This document shows, piece by piece, positions 52,875-59,987 of a stretch of DNA of 64,000 nucleotides (positions within the stretch are counted from its first letter, which is position 1; each line of letters begins with the position of its first letter). Source of the stretch: an uncultured Pelagibacteraceae bacterium (GTDB lineage Bacteria > Pseudomonadota > Alphaproteobacteria > Pelagibacterales > Pelagibacteraceae); NCBI GenBank assembly GCA_902597425.1, contig CACJXT010000002.1, positions 309-64,308 of the forward strand, written 5' to 3'. A model generated the notes under the pieces. The model ran no database searches, had not been told where the DNA came from, and worked only from the letters and a program-made list of their open reading frames with translations. Both the position numbers and the translations under genes were made by a program.

Positions 52875-53786
52875 TTGTCCAACAATATAATTAAAAAAAA
52901 AATTATCCCACTAGATTTAAACGATTATATAAAATCATTAATATTATTGATGAAACCAAGAGTAATGTCTCTTGTTATATTTACATGTGCAGTTGGATTG
53001 TTAACCTCAAATTCTAATATAAATATTACCGATGCAATGATAGGAATAATTTTAGTAGCATTAGGAGCAGGAGCTGCTGGTTGTTTAAATATGTGGTATG
53101 AAGCTGACTTAGATGCATTAATGACAAGAACCTGCCTAAGACCAATTCCAACAGGAAAGATTAACAAACAACAAGCATTGGTCTTTGGTACATTTCTTAC
53201 AATATTTTCAGTAGGTGCTCTAAATTACTTTGCAAACTTTATGTCTGCATTTTTATTATTGTTCACAATAGCATTTTACCTTTTTGTTTACACAATATGG
53301 TTAAAAAGAAAGACACCTCAAAACATTGTTATAGGAGGCGTAGCAGGTTCACTACCCCCAGTAATTGGTTGGACCATAGCTACTAATTCAATTTCTCTTG
53401 AACCAATATCATTATTTTTAATAATATTTTTTTGGACACCCTCTCATTTTTGGGCGCTCAGTCTATACAAGTCAGATGATTATAAAAAAGCAAAAATACC
53501 AATGATGCCGCTTACTGATGGAATAGAAAAAACAAAAGTTTATATAGTTGTTTATTCTTTATTGATGTTGCCAGTTATAATTTTACCATATGCAATCAAT
53601 TTTTCGGGACTAGTATATTTAATTCCAGCAATAATGCTTACAATTTATTATAATTTTATGTGTTATGGTTTGTATAAACATAAAAAAAATAAATTTGTTT
53701 TAAAAAAAGCGAAAAAAGTCTTTGGTTATTCAATTTTGTATTTATTTTTAATTTTTGTATTGTTCTTAATAGATAATTTAATTTAA
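52875..53786 (+). CDS. ctaB: Protoheme IX farnesyltransferase (heme o synthase)
   Basis: KPRVMSL, D-D-LMTRT-LRPIP, LKRKTPQNIVIGG, WTPSHFWAL. Confidence 0.96.
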   Translation: MSNNIIKKKIIPLDLNDYIKSLILLMKPRVMSLVIFTCAVGLLTSNSNINITDAMIGIILVALGAGAAGCLNMWYEADLDALMTRTCLRPIPTGKINKQQALVFGTFLTIFSVGALNYFANFMSAFLLLFTIAFYLFVYTIWLKRKTPQNIVIGGVAGSLPPVIGWTIATNSISLEPISLFLIIFFWTPSHFWALSLYKSDDYKKAKIPMMPLTDGIEKTKVYIVVYSLLMLPVIILPYAINFSGLVYLIPAIMLTIYYNFMCYGLYKHKKNKFVLKKAKKVFGYSILYLFLIFVLFLIDNLI

Positions 53787-53834
53787 AGATTGCGACCCAA
53801 AGAAATTGGGATAGAATCGATAAATAACCACAAA

Positions 53835-55202
53835 ATGAAATATATAAGTACAAGAAGTAGTGCAAAAGAATTCAATTTTAGCGAAGTTTTTATAAAAGGA
53901 CTTTCTGATGATGGTGGTCTTTATGTGCCAAAATCATTAAAAAAATATAGCACAGAGGAATTATTAGAGCTTAAAAATTTAAATTATAATGAATTATCTA
54001 CTGAAATAATCAATCTATTTTCAGCGGATTTTATCTCAAGAAAAGAACTTTCGTCTTTAATTAAAAAATCATATTCAACATTTCGAGAAAAAGATGTTGT
54101 TAAAATTTCAAACCTAGGAGAACTAAAATTATTAGAATTATTTCATGGGCCAACATTAGCTTTTAAAGATATTGCAATGCAATTCATTGGGAACTTGTAT
54201 GAATACTATTTAAGTAAAAATGACAGAAAAATAAATATAATTGTTGCAACTTCTGGAGATACAGGTGCAGCAGCTATAGATGCAATTAAAGGAAAATCTA
54301 ATTTAAATATATTTGTCTTACACCCAAATAATAAAATTTCTTCTGTACAGAGAAAAATAATGACAACAGTAGAAGAAAAAAATGTTTTCAATATTGCAAT
54401 TGATGGAAATTTTGATGATTGTCAAAATATTGTAAAACAAATGTTTTCTGACTTAGAATTTTCTAAATCTATAAATATGTCAGGAGTGAACTCAATAAAT
54501 TGGGCAAGAATAATTGCTCAAGCAGTATATTACTTTTACTCATATTTTAAATTAGACAAAGAAACTATTTCATTTTCAGTGCCAACGGGAAACTTTGGTG
54601 ATGTCTTTGCAGGTTATCTTGCAAAGAAAATGGGATTACCAATTGATAAATTAATTGTTGCAACAAACGAAAATGATATCCTGCATAGAGCTATTTCAAA
54701 AGGAGATTATGTTTCAAAAGAAGTTAGAGAAACAATTTCACCCAGTATGGATATTCAATTAGCAAGTAACTTTGAAAGACTAATTTATTATATAAATAAT
54801 TCTGACTCTGAAATAACAGCAGATATAATGAAAAAAATTAAGCAAAATTCTTACCAAATTGAAAAGAATAATTTAGAAATGATTCAAAAAGACTTTCTAT
54901 CAGAAAGTTGTAATGAAAAAGAGACTTTAGATATCATTAAAAAAAATTACGAAGAAAATAATATGATATTGGATCCACATACAGCTGTTGGAGTAGGGGC
55001 TGCAAATAAACTATCTTTTAATGATTGTGTAGTTTTATCAACTGCTCACCCATGTAAATTCCCAGATGCTACAAATAATGCAATAAATACGCATGAAAAA
55101 TTACCTGAGGAACTTCAGCATGTACTTTATAAAGAGGAAAATTTTAAAGTATTAAAAAACAATACTGAAGAGGTAAAAAACTTCGTTAAAAGCAAAGTTT
55201 AA
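53835..55202 (+). CDS. thrC: Threonine synthase
   Basis: MKYISTR, DGGLYVP, ELFHGPTLAFKD, ATSGDTG, NSINWAR, PTGNFG, TAHP-KF. Confidence 0.97.
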   Translation: MKYISTRSSAKEFNFSEVFIKGLSDDGGLYVPKSLKKYSTEELLELKNLNYNELSTEIINLFSADFISRKELSSLIKKSYSTFREKDVVKISNLGELKLLELFHGPTLAFKDIAMQFIGNLYEYYLSKNDRKINIIVATSGDTGAAAIDAIKGKSNLNIFVLHPNNKISSVQRKIMTTVEEKNVFNIAIDGNFDDCQNIVKQMFSDLEFSKSINMSGVNSINWARIIAQAVYYFYSYFKLDKETISFSVPTGNFGDVFAGYLAKKMGLPIDKLIVATNENDILHRAISKGDYVSKEVRETISPSMDIQLASNFERLIYYINNSDSEITADIMKKIKQNSYQIEKNNLEMIQKDFLSESCNEKETLDIIKKNYEENNMILDPHTAVGVGAANKLSFNDCVVLSTAHPCKFPDATNNAINTHEKLPEELQHVLYKEENFKVLKNNTEEVKNFVKSKV

Positions 55203-55204
55203 AT

Positions 55205-55228
55205 GGGCGTTCTGTTGCCAGGTGCCCC
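55205..55228 (+). repeat. Left direct repeat (att-like hairpin)
   Basis: GGGCGTTCTGTTGCCAGGTGCCCC, 2 nt after the thrC stop; minus strand folds with a CUG-GCAA-CAG tetraloop. Confidence 0.9.
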
Positions 55229-55285
55229 GAACTTTGTAGCATATTCGCGAATATTATGAATTGAAAAGTGAGATTTTGCACTAGT

Positions 55286-55304
55286 AGTGCGGTCCTAGTG
55301 CGGT
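55286..55304 (+). repeat. Tandem AGTGCGGT boxes (left), 11-bp period
   Basis: AGTGCGGT-CCT-AGTGCGGT. Confidence 0.9.
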
Positions 55305-55330
55305 AGGATTTTGTGTGCTAAATTTAATTA

Positions 55331-55366
55331 AATGAAAAAGCTTTTAGGGATCTTGGTTCTGGGTTT
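55331..55366 (+). repeat. Shared 36-nt signal-peptide leader, copy 1
   Basis: AATGAAAAAGCTTTTAGGGATCTTGGTTCTGGGTTT, 35/36 identical to 56593-56628. Confidence 0.92.
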
Positions 55367-56594
55367 ATCACTTTCTCTAGTTACATCACAAGCCATTTCA
55401 GCAGGATGCAAAGTTCCAAAAAAACCTAAAGAAAAAATCATAGAAGCGCCAGAAGTAGTTTTAAAGAAACAAAAAACTCCAACCAATACTATCGGAAAAA
55501 TTCTATCGAAAAGAAGAACAATAAATGTCTTTAGAGCTTGGAATGGGCCAAACAATGATAGTGAAGAAAAACCTTATGGTCTTATGTGGAGCGGAAGCAG
55601 AGACAACATTTTACAGACAAAAATTAGCACTAAGCCGCCTTATGATGCAGGTAAGGAAGATAGTCTAATTCTTCACGAACAATACTGGGCTTATTTTTTT
55701 CCTGAAAATGGGATTAGCAAAACATCAAAATATTATACTAACATTAGATTCGTATTTGACCCATGGGAATTAAAATCAATCGAATATGGATTTGCAAGAA
55801 AGTTAAATTATCACCATCCAGACTGGCCTAATCATTTAGCTCTTAGAGCTTTATCCATGAAAGAAGTTGGTTATCACGGAGTGATGTTTGATCTTTGGAA
55901 AAATTTCCATCCAAATGATAAAAAACCTTATTGGCCTTCGTCAAAAAAGGCGCAAAAAAAAGTTCAAGAAGGAAGGCTTAAAATAGCGAAAACAATTAGA
56001 GATAAGATGGGAGATGATTTTATAATTCTTGGTAATACTAATTACGAAAAAGACAAATCTATCCATAAGTACATGAATGGAGTCTTTTTAGAATTTTGGA
56101 AAGAGAAAAATCAAGGAGGATATTCTTGTAAGAAAATTTCAGAAATGGAAGATGTTATAAAATTTCATGATCAACATTTATCTGAACCAAGAATAATAGC
56201 TGTAGATGTATGGAGAATAACTAAAAAATTTTCTGGCAATAGGTGGGAAAATTTTCCACTAATAGAAAAGGACAGACGTTCGCCTGAAAATATTAAATTT
56301 GCTAAACTTTTTACTGCGATGGCTATGGTTATCCCAGAAAATGGATACATTAGTTATGTTGATAATAATTGGGAATATTTCCGTGATCATTTTGGTGTAT
56401 ATCATGATTTTTATAATATCGATCTTGGAAAAGCTACAAGTCATGGAATGGAAATAACAGAAGGCCTTGGTTATAAAAAATATGAAAAAGGTTTAATTGC
56501 TTATAACCGCACAAAATTTAAATATATAATTAAATTTAAAGATGGAAAAAAAGTTGAAATAGGACCACTGGAAGGAGTATTTGTTAAAGGCTAA
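55332..56594 (+). CDS. Secreted putative glycoside hydrolase (TIM barrel, GHL15/GH114-like)
   Basis: Signal peptide; GYHGVMFD, ILGN, NGVFLE, C-terminal YNIDLGKA...YKKYEKGLIAYN. Family assigned from motif memory only. Confidence 0.6.
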   Translation: MKKLLGILVLGLSLSLVTSQAISAGCKVPKKPKEKIIEAPEVVLKKQKTPTNTIGKILSKRRTINVFRAWNGPNNDSEEKPYGLMWSGSRDNILQTKISTKPPYDAGKEDSLILHEQYWAYFFPENGISKTSKYYTNIRFVFDPWELKSIEYGFARKLNYHHPDWPNHLALRALSMKEVGYHGVMFDLWKNFHPNDKKPYWPSSKKAQKKVQEGRLKIAKTIRDKMGDDFIILGNTNYEKDKSIHKYMNGVFLEFWKEKNQGGYSCKKISEMEDVIKFHDQHLSEPRIIAVDVWRITKKFSGNRWENFPLIEKDRRSPENIKFAKLFTAMAMVIPENGYISYVDNNWEYFRDHFGVYHDFYNIDLGKATSHGMEITEGLGYKKYEKGLIAYNRTKFKYIIKFKDGKKVEIGPLEGVFVKG

Positions 56595-56628
56595 TGAAAA
56601 AACTTTTAGGGATCTTGGTTCTGGGTTT
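56593..56628 (+). repeat. Shared 36-nt signal-peptide leader, copy 2
   Basis: AATGAAAAAACTTTTAGGGATCTTGGTTCTGGGTTT. Confidence 0.92.
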
Positions 56629-56926
56629 GTTGTTAAGTGGGAATGCTTTTGCAGACAAACCGGTCATTATATGTTCATTTCTTTCTTTAGAAGGTAAGTG
56701 GTTAGGAGAACATATCTTCGACTTAAATGTCTCAAATATATATAAAATTACTGAATATGATTCAACTGGGATAAGGTGGTATTACTTTGCTGATACTGGG
56801 GAAAAGCTTGAAAATTCTGTTAACAGACTTACTGGGCGTATACAGTATACAGTAATTGAAAAAAATGGATCCAAGTTTCATTACAGAGGTATATGTTACC
56901 CTCATTCTTTCGGTCAAAAATTTTAA
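56594..56926 (+). CDS. Secreted hypothetical protein (beta-rich, two Cys)
   Basis: MKKLLGILVLGLLLSGNAFA signal peptide; TAATG overlap with the upstream gene; VNRLTG...G-C pattern. Confidence 0.8.
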   Translation: MKKLLGILVLGLLLSGNAFADKPVIICSFLSLEGKWLGEHIFDLNVSNIYKITEYDSTGIRWYYFADTGEKLENSVNRLTGRIQYTVIEKNGSKFHYRGICYPHSFGQKF

Positions 56927-56929
56927 CTC

Positions 56930-56948
56930 AGTGCGGTACCAGTGCGGT
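56930..56948 (+). repeat. Tandem AGTGCGGT boxes (right), 11-bp period
   Basis: AGTGCGGT-ACC-AGTGCGGT. Confidence 0.9.
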
Positions 56949-57007
56949 CAAAAACAATTTTTATTACAATTAACCAAATAAAACCTACAAAGTATTAAAT
57001 TAAGTAG

Positions 57008-57031
57008 GGGCGTTCTGTTGCCCGGTGTCCC
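57008..57031 (+). repeat. Right direct repeat (att-like hairpin)
   Basis: GGGCGTTCTGTTGCCCGGTGTCCC, 1 nt from the rnhA stop codon. Confidence 0.9.
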
Positions 57032-57032
57032 A

Positions 57033-57455
57033 TTATGAGTTTGCAGCCTCTCTAGCAATTAAATCGACTTCATTATTTAATTTATTACTAGAGTGTGCTT
57101 TTACCCAACTCCACTTTATATCAAATTCATTAGATAAATAATCTAACTCTGTCCAAAGTTCTTTGTTTTTAACTGGTTGTTTGTTTGCAGTTTTCCATTC
57201 ATTTTTTTTCCAGTTATGGATCCACTCTGTTATTCCTGACTTTACATATTTAGAGTCTGTAATAATTTGAACTTTACTGCCTTTGGGGATTTTTTTTAAG
57301 GCTTTTATTGGAGCAAGTAACTCCATTTGATTGTTGGTAGTATTTTTTTTACTTCCTTTTATCTGAGTTTTTTTTCCATCACCAATAATTATTGCTGCCC
57401 ATCCACCATTTCCTGGATTTCCTATGCATGATCCATCAGTATAAACTTTAATCAT
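57033..57455 (-). CDS. rnhA: Ribonuclease HI
   Basis: YTDGSCIGNPG-GGW, TTNNQMEL, TDSKYV, VKNKELW, WVKAH, NNEVD. Confidence 0.97.
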   Translation of the reverse strand: MIKVYTDGSCIGNPGNGGWAAIIIGDGKKTQIKGSKKNTTNNQMELLAPIKALKKIPKGSKVQIITDSKYVKSGITEWIHNWKKNEWKTANKQPVKNKELWTELDYLSNEFDIKWSWVKAHSSNKLNNEVDLIAREAANS

Positions 57456-58424
57456 TTAATTATAATAATTTTTAAAATTTTTAAATTTATTATGTACTTT
57501 AAGTTTTTGAATATACTCTCTTGGATTCTTTATTTTAATAATGGCATTTTTTGGAGTATTTAAGTAATCATAGGTTCTTGTTAACAAATATCTAAGAGCC
57601 GCACCTTTACACAAGATATTTAAAGATTTCTTTTCGTTAACAGAAAACTTTCTTATTTTTGAATAACCTCTAATAAGATTTGTTGATTTTTTCTTATTAA
57701 ATACAAATTTATTATTTTTTTTATCAAAACATAATGCATTAATACAAATAGCAATTTCGTACATTAAAAAATCATTACATGCAAAATAAAAGTCTATATA
57801 TCCGTTAAATTTATTTTTTTTAAAAAAAATATTATCAATAAATAAATCAGCATGAATGATTCCATAAGGTAAATTTTTTGGCCATTTATTTTTTATTTCT
57901 AAAAAACTATTTTTCGTTAAACTATTTAAATTTGGACTTATACTTTTAGATTTATTTCCAATTTTATTTAATAGCTTTGGCCATTCTTTTAAAGATAATG
58001 AATTTTTTCTATAAAGTTTTATTTTTTTTGATGCTCTATGAAGTTTGGCTATATTTTTGCCGATTTCGTAGCAGTTTTTTGAGTTTAATTTTAACTTATC
58101 TTTTCCTTCAACGAAAGAAACAATGGATGCAGGTTTATTTTTAATATTAAATAAATAATTTCCTTTTTTACTTTTTTGTGGTTTTGGACAACTAATTTTT
58201 TGATGATTCAATTTATCCATTAGACTCATAAAAAAAGGTAAATCTTTTTTTTGTACTCTTTTTTCAAAAATTGTTAAAATATATTTATTATTTTTTGTTT
58301 TAATAAGATAATTAGTGTTTTCAATACCTTTTTTAATACCTTTAAATGAAATTATTTTTCCTAAATTAAACTTTCGGTCAATGGACATTATATCGTTTCT
58401 TGAAATTTTAGTGTATACGGCCAT
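57456..58424 (-). CDS. thrB: Homoserine kinase type II
   Basis: MAVYT, GIENTNY, LTIFE, IIHADLFIDN, IDFYFAC, LRYLLTR-YD. Confidence 0.95.
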   Translation of the reverse strand: MAVYTKISRNDIMSIDRKFNLGKIISFKGIKKGIENTNYLIKTKNNKYILTIFEKRVQKKDLPFFMSLMDKLNHQKISCPKPQKSKKGNYLFNIKNKPASIVSFVEGKDKLKLNSKNCYEIGKNIAKLHRASKKIKLYRKNSLSLKEWPKLLNKIGNKSKSISPNLNSLTKNSFLEIKNKWPKNLPYGIIHADLFIDNIFFKKNKFNGYIDFYFACNDFLMYEIAICINALCFDKKNNKFVFNKKKSTNLIRGYSKIRKFSVNEKKSLNILCKGAALRYLLTRTYDYLNTPKNAIIKIKNPREYIQKLKVHNKFKNFKNYYN

Positions 58425-59369
58425 TTAATTTAATTTTCCTGGAACTTTGAAAACAATATTTTCTTTTACGATTTCAATTTCATTAATTTTGACATTAAAT
58501 TTACTTTTAATTTGATCAATGAAATCTTTTACTAAAACTTCTGGAGCAGAAGCTCCAGATGAAACACCAATAGTGGAACATTTTTTAATTTTATCAATTG
58601 GAATTTTACTTTCAGAATGTATAAGTTCTGTATATTTACAGCCTGCCTTTTCTGCTACTTCAACGAGTCTTAGCGAATTTGATGAATTTTTGCTTCCAAT
58701 AATAAAAAACATATCACAATTTTTTGCTATTTTTTTTACTGCAGCTTGTCGATTAGTAGTTGCATAGCAGATATCTTCTTTTACTGGTTCTCTTATATCT
58801 GGGAATTTCTTTTTTAACGCATCAATAATATTTTTTGTATCATCAACTGAGAGTGTAGTTTGTGTAATATAAGCAATTTGCTTTCCTTTGCTGTTTTTAT
58901 ATTCTTCTACATCTTTAACTGTTTGTATTAAATCAATTGAACCATTTGGTAGTTGACCCATAGTTCCAATTACTTCTGGATGATTTAAATGTCCAATTAA
59001 CAAAATATGGTAGTTAGCTTTATGTAAATTTTCAGCTTCCCGATGAACTTTTGATACCAAAGGACAAGTTGCGTCAATATATTTCATTTTATAATTAATA
59101 GCTTCAGCAGGAACTTTTTTAGGAACTCCATGGGCTGAAAAAATTACTGGTCTTGATTTATCTTCAATTTCATCTAATTCTTCTACAAAAATTGCGCCGA
59201 TATTTTTTAAACTATCAACTACATACTTGTTGTGAACAATCTCATGTCGAACATAAACTGGAGGCCCATATTTAGTCACACTTTTTTTAACGATTTCAAT
59301 TGCTCGCTCTACGCCAGCACAGAATCCTCTTGGGGAAGCTAATAAAATTTTTAGTTTTTTATTACTCAT
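58425..59369 (-). CDS. ispH: 4-hydroxy-3-methylbut-2-enyl diphosphate reductase
   Basis: PRGFCAGV, HEIVHN, SAHG, DATCPLV, QTTLS, ICYATTNRQ, SSNS, GASAP. Confidence 0.98.
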   Translation of the reverse strand: MSNKKLKILLASPRGFCAGVERAIEIVKKSVTKYGPPVYVRHEIVHNKYVVDSLKNIGAIFVEELDEIEDKSRPVIFSAHGVPKKVPAEAINYKMKYIDATCPLVSKVHREAENLHKANYHILLIGHLNHPEVIGTMGQLPNGSIDLIQTVKDVEEYKNSKGKQIAYITQTTLSVDDTKNIIDALKKKFPDIREPVKEDICYATTNRQAAVKKIAKNCDMFFIIGSKNSSNSLRLVEVAEKAGCKYTELIHSESKIPIDKIKKCSTIGVSSGASAPEVLVKDFIDQIKSKFNVKINEIEIVKENIVFKVPGKLN

Positions 59370-59487
59370 TTTTTTTTAAAAGATATTCGAGCAATATATG
59401 TGGAAATGCTAAAGACAACAAACCAATAAAAATTATTTTAAAAATTTCTTCATTTATTTCATAAATATTAGACAAAAAATTTAAGAG
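59362..59487 (-). pseudogene. blh: C-terminal remnant of Brp/Blh beta-carotene 15,15'-dioxygenase
   Basis: Hand translation LLNFLSNIYEINEEIFKIIFIGLLSLAFPHILLEYLLKKNE*; FIGLxxLxxPH is the Blh C-terminal motif; stop overlaps the ispH ATG. Confidence 0.75.
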
Positions 59488-59489
59488 AG

Positions 59490-59987
59490 TTATGAATTAA
59501 TCTTTTTTAATGCTATTTTTGATTCTTCTAAATTTTTTTCAAAAAGATTATCTAGTTTTGATTTATCTATAGATGTATTGATAATTTTTTTTACGGAATC
59601 TACTGCTATTCTTATTGAAACATCTTTTATTTCTTTAAGAGTAGCTTCTTTCATCTGAGTAATTTTGCTTTTTGCTAAATTTTTCTTAATTTCTGACGAT
59701 TTGTGAAATTTATCATTCATTTCAATTACTAATCTATCGCAGTCTTTTTTATTTTGTTCTAAAATTTTTTTACCTTCTAATTGTGCACTATCAAGTTTTT
59801 TTTGAGCATTATCTAATAAAACTTTTGCTTCAGTTCTAAGTTTTTCACTTTCTTCAATTTCATTTTTTATATCTAATATAAGCTTGTTTAATAATTCATT
59901 TATTTTTTTTGGAACTTTTAAATAAATCAATCCCAAAAAAAATATTATAAACGAAATTGCTACCCAAAATGTTGCATCAATTGTCAT
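59490..59987 (-). CDS. atpF: ATP synthase Fo subunit b
   Basis: DATFWVAISF TM plus coiled coil; operon position. Confidence 0.92.
   Translation of the reverse strand: MTIDATFWVAISFIIFFLGLIYLKVPKKINELLNKLILDIKNEIEESEKLRTEAKVLLDNAQKKLDSAQLEGKKILEQNKKDCDRLVIEMNDKFHKSSEIKKNLAKSKITQMKEATLKEIKDVSIRIAVDSVKKIINTSIDKSKLDNLFEKNLEESKIALKKINS

Larger units (their letters stand above)
55205..57031. mobile_element. Putative non-autonomous integrative mini-island between thrC and rnhA
   Basis: 24-bp terminal direct repeats (22/24 identical), tandem AGTGCGGT boxes 57 and 59 nt inside the two ends, two accessory secreted-protein genes, no recombinase gene. Confidence 0.65.

Noticed and set aside
53787-53834. 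Possible surf1/ctaG remnant between ctaB and thrC
   Set aside because: Too short, with no recognisable motif; the TTG extension of thrC in the ORF track is probably not translated
55236-55265. Possible Xer dif site (GCATA...TTATG)
   Set aside because: Half-site spacing is too long for the 11-6-11 dif architecture and the arms match poorly
55203-55330. Complete tmRNA or tRNA gene at the island end
   Set aside because: No acceptor stem, CCA end or tag reading frame found; only the short hairpin resembles tmRNA
55205-57031. Repeats considered as a CRISPR array or integron attC sites
   Set aside because: Only two copies 1.8 kb apart, no spacer periodicity, no cas or intI genes, no RYYYAAC/GTTRRRY ends
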